A stretch of DNA of 51,093 nt, taken from the IMG/VR virus record IMGVR_UViG_3300045988_122807. One strand, given 5' to 3'. Below the pieces are notes generated by a model that ran no database searches, had not been told where the DNA came from, and saw only the letters and a list, made by a program, of their open reading frames with translations. Source of the DNA: a virus. Shown here piece by piece: positions 15,794-23,419 of this stretch. Within the stretch, counting starts at the first letter, position 1, and the number at the start of each line of letters is the position of its first letter. A program made the position numbers and the translations under genes.

Positions 15794-15928
15794 ATGATGG
15801 TCTACGGTGGCAATGGCCTGTCCTATCAGGAACTCCGCGAAATGGACATGGCCGACTACCGGGAGGCTGTCGAGGCCAGGATACTCTACAACACAGAATG
15901 GACCAAAAAGAGGGGTGGGGCCACATGA
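15794..15928 (+). CDS. Second tail-chaperone ORF: either 44 aa from the ATG at 15794, or the frameshift extension of 15415-15741
   Basis: The +1 frame is open from 15710 to the TGA at 15926 and reads ...FFESEYSLEAAHRRAVRNKAFWMMVYGGNGLSYQELREMDMADYREAVEARILYNTEWTKKRGGAT. See findings. Confidence 0.4.
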   Translation: MMVYGGNGLSYQELREMDMADYREAVEARILYNTEWTKKRGGAT

Positions 15929-15967
15929 GCCTCCCCCTCTTTTTGCGTGTAAGGAGGTGAGGAAAAA

Positions 15968-18457
15968 ATGGCGGACAGTAGAGAGATGACCTTCGGGCTC
16001 GACTTCGGCCTGAAGGACGCTATTGACCAGCTTGAGGATATTGTCACCCGTCTGGAGCAGGCCGTGGACAGCGCCAGAGATGCTGAAGAAGCAGGGCGCG
16101 ATATGGGAGCCGGTATCCAGGCCGGGGCTGACACCGGGGCCGCAGGGCTTCGGAATATGCGTGACGAAGCCGAGGACGCCGGGGACAGCCTGGATAATAT
16201 CGGAACCAACTTCCGGGCCATGGGCCGGGAGGCTGACAGCTTCGGGTCCGCCGTCGCCAAATCTATGGGGACCGCCGCAAAGGAAAGTGGCAGCGCCTCC
16301 AAAACCATACGCGCTGGCTTTGATGGAGCCATTGGCTACACGGAAAAGAAAATCTCCGGCTTCACCGGGAAGGTGCAAAAGGGTGTCAAGGGCATTGGGA
16401 CCGCCTTCACTCACCCGATAGCCACCATCAAGGGGAAGTTCCTGGGGGCCGTGGAGGAGGCCGCCAACAGGCTCAATGGCCTGGGGGATGATGCCGACGA
16501 TGCCCGAAGGGACCTCGACGATATGGGGGACGAGGGCGAGAAGGCTGGCGGAGAGGTCAAGGAGGCCATCAAGGGGGCCCTGGCCGCCTTTGTCGGCTTC
16601 GAGGCAATCCAGGCCGGTATTGATATGCTGAAGGAGCTGGGGGCCGCCGCAATCGAGGCCGCCGGTGCTGCTGAGAACAGCGGGAAGAAGTTCGAGGCCA
16701 GTTTTGCCGGGACTGATGCGGCCGCATGGGTGGATAACTATGCGGCCTCTGTCCACCGGAGCACTGCTGAGGTGCAATCCTTCATGGTATCCAACAAAGC
16801 CATGTATGGGGAAATGGGTATCACCGGGGATGCCGCCGCCGAGCTTTCCAAGGTCACCACGTCCCTGGCCTATGACTTCGGCAACGCCTTTTCCATGGCT
16901 GATGCTGACGCCCTGGGGGTGGTCCAGGACTACCTCTCCGGCAACAGCGCCGCCCTGGAGGAGTACGGCATACATATCGACGATACTGTGCTGAAGAATA
17001 AGGCCATGGAAATGGGCCTCGGTAGCCAAATCGACGAGCTGGACGATGCTGCTATGGCTCAGGTCCGGCTTAATGCCCTGCTGGATAAGAGCGGGGACAT
17101 TCAGCAGGCGGCCATAAAGGACACCGGGGGTCTGGTGAACAGCACCAAAAATCTGAACGGCGTATGGTCTGAGTTCATGGCGGATGCCGGGGCTCAGTTT
17201 ACCCCCGTCCTGGAAGGGCTATTCGGCACTATTCTGGAGAGCTGGCCCACAATCGAGCCCATGCTGATGGACTTTGTGAGTATGCTTTCCGAGGGGCTGG
17301 GGGAGGCCATCCCCGTGGTCATGGAGCTGGGCCAGACTCTCCTCCCGGTGCTGACGGATGTGCTTGGAACCCTGTTCCAGGCGGCCACCCCCCTTATCTC
17401 TGTTTTTTCCAGCCTGGCCCAAACTATCCTGCCGCCCCTGGCAAATATCGTCGGCATGATAGCCGAAACCGTCATGCCGCCCCTGGTGGATATTCTGAAC
17501 ACGCTGACCACCAGCATTATCGAGCCCCTGATGGGCCCCCTTCAGAGCATAGCCGAGGCCCTGCTTCCCCCAATCGCGCAACTGCTGGGGCTGGTGTCTC
17601 CCATCCTGGAGGCCATAAGCCCGGTCCTATCCACCATCGGGGACGTGCTGGGGGTCATTGCTGATGTCTTGGGGTCCGTAGTCGGCTGGCTGGCTGATGG
17701 TGTGGGTAAGGTGGTCAACTTCTTCAGCGGCCTGTTCGGTGGTGCCTCTGAGAGTGAAAGCGCTGTGAATGACCTCAGCGGGGCCGTAGAGAACCTGGAC
17801 GGCGTGACCTCCAAGGAAACCTCTCTCGCTGTGGATACCTCCGAATATCAGGAGAAGGTCAACGGAGCCGCCGAGACAGCCACCAAAGCTGTGGAAGAAA
17901 GCTCCAATGCGGCCGCTGAAATCACCGACGTAAACTTTATGGCAATGGGGACCTCTGCCGAGGTCGCCTACGGCCAAATGCAGACCGACGCAGAAACGGC
18001 CTGGAGCGCCATGACAGCCGCCGCAGATGCCGGGGCTACTTCTATTGTCGATGACTTCAAACGCATCACAGCGGCGGCGAGAGAGGCCAATACAGCGACC
18101 TCCGGGACAGTCGGCACAAATATCCCGCACAATGCCAGCGGCACGGATAATTTCCCCGGCGGCCCGACCTGGATGAACGAGGAGGGCGGCGAGCTTGCCA
18201 TCCTGCCTGGGGGGTCCGCCATTATCCCGGCGGACCAGACCGAGCGCCTGGTGAACTCCTTCAGCACCACCAACCAGCAGAATAACACCCGTACCATGAG
18301 CTTTAATCCCCAAATCAGCATCGTGGTCAATGGCGGTGCCGACGGCGGGGCCGTAGATGAGCTGGAGGCCCGCGTCCGGGCCCTATTTGGCCAGCTCTTT
18401 GCTGAAGCTCAGGAGAAGGACTACGCCGAGAGAGCTATGCAGCACGGCTTTGCGTAA
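15968..18457 (+). CDS. Tape measure protein
   Basis: 829 aa, Ala/Gly/Leu-rich and helical, with hydrophobic central segments. Lies between the chaperones and the baseplate genes. Confidence 0.85.
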   Translation: MADSREMTFGLDFGLKDAIDQLEDIVTRLEQAVDSARDAEEAGRDMGAGIQAGADTGAAGLRNMRDEAEDAGDSLDNIGTNFRAMGREADSFGSAVAKSMGTAAKESGSASKTIRAGFDGAIGYTEKKISGFTGKVQKGVKGIGTAFTHPIATIKGKFLGAVEEAANRLNGLGDDADDARRDLDDMGDEGEKAGGEVKEAIKGALAAFVGFEAIQAGIDMLKELGAAAIEAAGAAENSGKKFEASFAGTDAAAWVDNYAASVHRSTAEVQSFMVSNKAMYGEMGITGDAAAELSKVTTSLAYDFGNAFSMADADALGVVQDYLSGNSAALEEYGIHIDDTVLKNKAMEMGLGSQIDELDDAAMAQVRLNALLDKSGDIQQAAIKDTGGLVNSTKNLNGVWSEFMADAGAQFTPVLEGLFGTILESWPTIEPMLMDFVSMLSEGLGEAIPVVMELGQTLLPVLTDVLGTLFQAATPLISVFSSLAQTILPPLANIVGMIAETVMPPLVDILNTLTTSIIEPLMGPLQSIAEALLPPIAQLLGLVSPILEAISPVLSTIGDVLGVIADVLGSVVGWLADGVGKVVNFFSGLFGGASESESAVNDLSGAVENLDGVTSKETSLAVDTSEYQEKVNGAAETATKAVEESSNAAAEITDVNFMAMGTSAEVAYGQMQTDAETAWSAMTAAADAGATSIVDDFKRITAAAREANTATSGTVGTNIPHNASGTDNFPGGPTWMNEEGGELAILPGGSAIIPADQTERLVNSFSTTNQQNNTRTMSFNPQISIVVNGGADGGAVDELEARVRALFGQLFAEAQEKDYAERAMQHGFA

Positions 18458-18471
18458 GGGAGGGAAAGCGA

Positions 18472-19089
18472 ATGTATGTACTCCAGGGGGCCAAATGCGG
18501 AAGTGTTCGCTTTGAGCCCTTCGTCAATGGCGTCATCAACAAGGAGACCGTCAGCCGGCAGAGCACTATAACCGATAACCCAATAGAGGGTGGCGGCAGT
18601 ATCAACGACCATGTTTTCAGGTCCCCCCTGAGCTTCCAGCTTTCCGGGACCGTGACCGACGGGGCCGCGGCTATCGCCACCCTCCAGCAGATGTGGATGA
18701 AGGGCGACGTCCTGACCTATACCGGGCGGAACCAAATCAATAACCTGGTCATCCAAAACCTTCAGTCCACCCATGACGCTACCAATCGGAAGGGCTTCAC
18801 CTTCACTGCGACCCTGAAGCAGATCACCATAGGGAGCAGCGAGGACAGCGGTACGGCAAGCATGATGTCTGACCAGGATAGCACCGCCGCTTCTCAGACT
18901 TCCTCCAGCTCCAGCAGTAAGGCATCGTCTCAGACCTCCAAATCGTCTGCTGCTGGGCTGAAAACCACCGTATCCGAGACTATATCCAGCTCGGCTTATG
19001 CCGCCTATGTGAATACCTACAACACCAAACCCGCAAGCAGTTCCGGGCCTTCCTCCCGGTCCACGCCTACGAATACCGGGAGGAGGTGA
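18472..19089 (+). CDS. Tail/baseplate protein (positional equivalent of Mu gp43 / XkdP) with a Ser-rich C-terminal tail
   Basis: Position after the tape measure. The C-terminus is SSSSSKASSQTSKSSAAG... low complexity. Confidence 0.4.
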   Translation: MYVLQGAKCGSVRFEPFVNGVINKETVSRQSTITDNPIEGGGSINDHVFRSPLSFQLSGTVTDGAAAIATLQQMWMKGDVLTYTGRNQINNLVIQNLQSTHDATNRKGFTFTATLKQITIGSSEDSGTASMMSDQDSTAASQTSSSSSSKASSQTSKSSAAGLKTTVSETISSSAYAAYVNTYNTKPASSSGPSSRSTPTNTGRR

Positions 19090-19095
19090 CGGAAA

Positions 19096-19452
19096 ATGCT
19101 TCAGCTCATAGAGCTGGGCGCCGAGGTTGAGTATATCGACATCGACACCAGCAAAATTCCCTATACCTTCAGCATAAAGCTGACCGATAAGACCTACTCC
19201 TTCACCGTCCGCTACAACGACGTGGGGGGCTTCTTCACCATCGACCTGAGCGTTGCCAATACTGGCGAGGTCCTGGCCTATGGGGACCCCGTGCGGTATG
19301 GCCGCCCCATGTTTGGCCCTATCGAGGACGAGCGGTTTCCCTTGCCCGTCATCATTCCCCTGTGTCTTACCGGGGACGAGGTGGACGAAGTGACCTGGGA
19401 GAACTTCGGGAAGCAGGTCAAGCTCTACCTGTACGAGAGGAGGTCTGAATAA
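19096..19452 (+). CDS. Hypothetical tail/baseplate protein
   Basis: 118 aa, tightly packed in the baseplate block. Confidence 0.45.
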   Translation: MLQLIELGAEVEYIDIDTSKIPYTFSIKLTDKTYSFTVRYNDVGGFFTIDLSVANTGEVLAYGDPVRYGRPMFGPIEDERFPLPVIIPLCLTGDEVDEVTWENFGKQVKLYLYERRSE

Positions 19453-20298
19453 ATGCCCTTCTGGATGAGGGAGGCCACCCTCCAAATCGGCTCTAAGGTC
19501 TACCAGATGGACGACCTGTATTTTGAGTTCGAGGTCCCCTTCGAGGACAGCGACACCCTCCAGAGCGCCACCTTCAAGGCCTATAATCTGGCCGAGAGCA
19601 CCCGGAAGGGTATCAAGCGGGGAAGCGTTATCATCCTGAACGCTGGCTATGAAGGGGACATCGGGGCCATTTTCGTGGGAAAGGTCTCCGCCTGTTCCCA
19701 TAAGCACGACAAAACGAACTGGATAACCAGCATCACGGCCACCGCCGCTATGGATGAATGGCTCAGCTCCAAGGTCACCAAGACCTATGCCAAGGGGAGC
19801 ACCGGGCAGGAAATCGTCTCCGACCTGCTGAACATCTTCGGCCTGGAGGTGGGCGAGTTCACCCTGGCTGTGAACAAGGTATATGACCGGGGCCTGGTGT
19901 GCAATGGGAAGGTCAAGGACCTGCTGAAGCAGGTCGTGGTGAATGACTGCAAGAGCCGGTTCCTCATCAGGACCGGCTCCGTCATAATCAATGACCCTTC
20001 CAAGGGCATATCCAATGGCCTGGTGCTGACCCCGGAAAGCGGGCTCCTCATGTCTGGTGACGAGGTGGAGGAGACCGTCATAGCGGTGGGGTCTGATAGC
20101 CAGAAAAGCACCGAGGCCAAGGACGAGGAGGGGAACTACGTCACCAGGGAATGTCTCCTCAACTACCATATCGGCCCTGCTGATGCTGTCACAGTGAAGT
20201 CTCAGAGCCTCAACGGGAAGTTCGTCGTGGTGAGTGGGAAACACGTCGGCAGCCCAAAGGGAGACTGGAAAACCACCATCCAAATGAAGCCGGCGTAA
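19453..20298 (+). CDS. Baseplate hub protein (late control gpD / XkdQ-like)
   Basis: 281 aa. Position and overall resemblance to the gpD/XkdQ family (ATFKAYNLAESTRKGIKRGSVIILNAGYEGDIGAIFVGKV). Confidence 0.5.
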   Translation: MPFWMREATLQIGSKVYQMDDLYFEFEVPFEDSDTLQSATFKAYNLAESTRKGIKRGSVIILNAGYEGDIGAIFVGKVSACSHKHDKTNWITSITATAAMDEWLSSKVTKTYAKGSTGQEIVSDLLNIFGLEVGEFTLAVNKVYDRGLVCNGKVKDLLKQVVVNDCKSRFLIRTGSVIINDPSKGISNGLVLTPESGLLMSGDEVEETVIAVGSDSQKSTEAKDEEGNYVTRECLLNYHIGPADAVTVKSQSLNGKFVVVSGKHVGSPKGDWKTTIQMKPA

Positions 20299-20309
20299 GG
20301 GGGGATAGC

Positions 20310-20846
20310 ATGGCACGGCAAAGCAAAAAGCGGGCCTTTGAAGATGCCCAGGCCCAGTCCATGGCCTCCTCCATCTGCGTGGCTGACATCGTGAAGGTGG
20401 TAGCCTTCGACGAGGCCAACATGACTGTTGATGTGCAGCCTATCACCAGATACCCGGACGAGGACAGCTTCCAGACGAAGCCCCAGGTCCTGGCCGTCCC
20501 TGTTGCCATGATTTATGGCGGAGGCTGGGCCTTCCGGCCCGTGTACCAGGCCGGGGACATCGGCGTGGTGCTGTACCTGGACCGGGACAGCGACGCGGTG
20601 ATAGCTGGCGGGGCTGAAGCTGACCCCAATACGGAACGGCTCCACAGCGGGGATGACGCCATCTTTCTGGGGGGCGTCCGTGTCGGGGCCAATACCATTT
20701 CCGGCTTTCCCTCTGGGACCCTCTGCATGGGGACCACCGACGGGAGTGTTTACTTCTCCATGACCAAGAGCGGCATCGACATCAAGGGGAATGTGACCAT
20801 AACCGGGAACCTGACCACCACCGGCGGCGTGGTCAATCTGAACTGA
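20310..20846 (+). CDS. Baseplate central spike (gpV / gp45-like OB-fold spike)
   Basis: VKVVAFDEANMTVDVQPI...QVLAVPVAMIYGGGWAFRPVYQAGDIGVVLYLDRD is typical of gpV-type spikes. A PAAR gene follows. Confidence 0.6.
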   Translation: MARQSKKRAFEDAQAQSMASSICVADIVKVVAFDEANMTVDVQPITRYPDEDSFQTKPQVLAVPVAMIYGGGWAFRPVYQAGDIGVVLYLDRDSDAVIAGGAEADPNTERLHSGDDAIFLGGVRVGANTISGFPSGTLCMGTTDGSVYFSMTKSGIDIKGNVTITGNLTTTGGVVNLN

Positions 20847-20864
20847 GAAAGGAGGGCCCGAGCT

Positions 20865-21203
20865 ATGCCTGGAGCCGCCAGACTGAATGACAGCATACAG
20901 GGGACTACCGGCGGAGAGCACACCGGCCACGTCCCCCCTCATGGTCCCCTGCCTATCTCTGGACAAATCTCCGGGGGGTGTTCCGGGGACGTGAATATCA
21001 ACGGGCAGCCAGCGGCTACGGTGGGAAGCACCACCACGGAGCTGGACGCTTGCTGTGGGTCTAATTCTGGAGCCGTTGCCGCTGGCAGCGGCTCCGTTTT
21101 TATCAATGGGAAACCGGCGGCCCGCCTGGGGGACGCTCTGGCCCCCCATAGTGGGACCGGGTCCATCTCCTCCGGCAGCTCCGATGTCCTGATAGGAGGG
21201 TGA
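20865..21203 (+). CDS. PAAR-domain spike-tip protein
   Basis: AARLNDS...INGQPAATVGS...FINGKPAARLGDALAPH...VLIGG. Repeated PAAR-like motifs in 112 aa. Confidence 0.75.
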   Translation: MPGAARLNDSIQGTTGGEHTGHVPPHGPLPISGQISGGCSGDVNINGQPAATVGSTTTELDACCGSNSGAVAAGSGSVFINGKPAARLGDALAPHSGTGSISSGSSDVLIGG

Positions 21204-21206
21204 ACC

Positions 21207-21581
21207 GTGGAGGAAAACTATACGCTGAAAATTGACCCTGAAAGCAGAGACATCACCTTTGATGCCGACGGCATGATGGAAACTGTGTCCGGGGATGATA
21301 CGACGGCTCAGGCGGTCCGCCTGACCCTCCAGACCTGGCTCGGTGAGTTTGCCCTTGTCCCGTCCCATGGGACCGACTACGAGGCGATCATGGGGAAGAA
21401 GCCGAAGGACCTGACCGAGGACGAGATACCAGAGGTCATCCGGGCTGCCATCTTCCAGGAGCCGGAGGTCCAGGAGGTGGAGGAAGTAAACTATACGCAG
21501 ACCGGGCGGGCCCTTGACATCTCCTTTGTGGGGCGCCTCGCCAACGGAAATACCATCAGTGCGGAGGTGACGATGAATTGA
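21207..21581 (+). CDS. Baseplate wedge protein (gp25/W or XkdS-like)
   Basis: GTG start. 124 aa, immediately upstream of the baseplate J gene. AQAVRLTLQTWLGEFALVPSHGTDY pattern. Confidence 0.5.
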   Translation: MEENYTLKIDPESRDITFDADGMMETVSGDDTTAQAVRLTLQTWLGEFALVPSHGTDYEAIMGKKPKDLTEDEIPEVIRAAIFQEPEVQEVEEVNYTQTGRALDISFVGRLANGNTISAEVTMN

Positions 21582-22759
21582 ACAACGAAGAATGGGGCGT
21601 GACCGAGCGAGGCTTCCACCGCCCGACCTATGTTGAACTCCTGAACGCCATCGAGTATAAGGCGCGGGAGCTGTTCGGGGACAGGGCCAACCTGACCGTC
21701 CGCTCCCCCCTGGGGCTTTTCCTCCGGGTGTTCGCCTGGATACTCAATATCCTGTTTTCCCTGATGGAGGACGTCTACAACAGCCGCTTTGTGGATACGG
21801 CGGTGGGCACGAGCCTCTATAACCTGGGGAAGGCCATCGGCCTGTCCCTTCTCCCGGCGCAAAAGGCGACCGGCTATGTGACCTTCACCGGGACCGCAGG
21901 GACGGTTATCCCATCCGGCTTCCTGGTCAAGACTGTGGCCGGCCTTCAGTATGCCGTGATGACTGAGGGGCGCATTGAAAGCTCCGGGACCGTGACCCTC
22001 CCCGTTCAGGCCGTGGATACTGGCTCCGACTACAATGCCTCTGCTGGTACGGTGACGGAAATCGTGAACCCCCTGGACGGGGTGGCTTCCTGCTCGAACT
22101 CTGCCGCTGTGGATGGTGGCCGGGGCCGGGAAACCGATGAGGAGTTCCGGGACAGATACTATCAGTCCGTGGACTATGCCGGCGGCGTGAACGCGGACGC
22201 CATCTCTGGTGAGCTCCTTCAGAATGTGGAGGCCATCTATTCTGTCATCTGCTATGAGAACGACACCGACGAGACAAACGACCTGGGCCTCCCCCCGCAC
22301 AGTATCGAGGTGGTGGCCTACGGAGGGCTTGACGAGGAGGTGGCGGCGGCCATCTACCGCCGCAAGGCCGCCGGTATACAGACCTATGGAGGGAAAACCA
22401 TTGCCGTGCTGAGTGCCAGCGGCCAGAGCATCGACATCAATTTTTCCAGGCCCACCACCGTCCCCGTCTACCTGAAAATCACGAACCTTCAGACCAACAG
22501 CAATTTCCCTTACAACGGGAATGACCTCATCAAGGAGGCTCTTATCAACTACATCGGGGGCGATACCTGGGGCGGCCTGACCATCGGGCAGGACGTACTC
22601 TATATGGCTATCCCTGGCGTTATTCTCGGCGTCTCTGGCGTGGTAGACTTTGACCTCCTTATCAGCAAGGACGGGGCAGATTATAGCCAGAACAACATCG
22701 AGATAGGTACCAGGGAGAAGGCCGTCACCGATGGGGAGAAGGTGAGCATCGAAGCATGA
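21578..22759 (+). CDS. Baseplate J-like protein
   Basis: 393 aa. GYVTFTGTAGTVIPSGFLVKT...GTVTLPVQAVDTGSDYNA...RGRETDEEFRDRY is typical of Baseplate_J. TTG start. Confidence 0.75.
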   Translation: MNNEEWGVTERGFHRPTYVELLNAIEYKARELFGDRANLTVRSPLGLFLRVFAWILNILFSLMEDVYNSRFVDTAVGTSLYNLGKAIGLSLLPAQKATGYVTFTGTAGTVIPSGFLVKTVAGLQYAVMTEGRIESSGTVTLPVQAVDTGSDYNASAGTVTEIVNPLDGVASCSNSAAVDGGRGRETDEEFRDRYYQSVDYAGGVNADAISGELLQNVEAIYSVICYENDTDETNDLGLPPHSIEVVAYGGLDEEVAAAIYRRKAAGIQTYGGKTIAVLSASGQSIDINFSRPTTVPVYLKITNLQTNSNFPYNGNDLIKEALINYIGGDTWGGLTIGQDVLYMAIPGVILGVSGVVDFDLLISKDGADYSQNNIEIGTREKAVTDGEKVSIEA

Positions 22760-23415
22760 GTTACGGATATTTGTCTCAAATGCTGGACCAGCTCACCAGC
22801 GCCTATGCGCGGGAGGATATTCGGAACGACCGAAAGGGGCTGCCCCTGGAGACCAATATCGGCCGCCTGTTCGAGACGCTGGCCTGGGGCCTGGAGTTCG
22901 TCCATGAGCACGCAGAGCGCATGAGGGTATGGGATGACCTGGACAACGCGAAAGGGGCTGTGCTGGACCGCTACGGGGCAAATTTTGGCGTTGATAGAGG
23001 CGGGGCCACTGATACCGTGTACCGGCTCCTCATCAAGGTCAAGATGATTGCCCTCATGTCTGGTGGCGACATCGACACCATTATCTGGGCCGCCGCAAGC
23101 CTGTTCGACGTCCAGCCCACCGATATTGAAATCCAGGAGAAATTCCCCTGTAAAATCCGCATCTGCGTGGACGAGGCCCTTCTGAGTTCTGAGCGCCTGA
23201 CCTCCATCGAGGTCATTGCGGAGCTGATGAAACGTATTGCGGCCGCCGGTATCGAGGTCCATATCCTGCTCAGGAACCGAAGGACGTATCAGTATGAGGT
23301 CATCATCTCCCGCGGCTGTGCTTTCGAGACGGTGGTATCTGGGGCGCCCGCTGTGGGCTCCTCCACCTACACTGTCTCCCGTATCAAAGGAAAAAGAATA
23401 GACAAGGAGGCTTGA
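22756..23415 (+). CDS. Baseplate/tail-fibre attachment protein (positional equivalent of P2 gpI / Mu gp48)
   Basis: Overlapping start. Lies between baseplate J and the tail fibre. Confidence 0.45.
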   Translation: MSYGYLSQMLDQLTSAYAREDIRNDRKGLPLETNIGRLFETLAWGLEFVHEHAERMRVWDDLDNAKGAVLDRYGANFGVDRGGATDTVYRLLIKVKMIALMSGGDIDTIIWAAASLFDVQPTDIEIQEKFPCKIRICVDEALLSSERLTSIEVIAELMKRIAAAGIEVHILLRNRRTYQYEVIISRGCAFETVVSGAPAVGSSTYTVSRIKGKRIDKEA

Positions 23416-23419
23416 AGCT

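Noticed and set aside
15660-15797. A canonical -1 programmed frameshift in the tail chaperone
   Set aside because: The -1 frame terminates at 15795-15797 after a short, non-protein-like extension, and no XXXYYYZ heptamer is present. Only the +1 frame carries convincing coding sequence.
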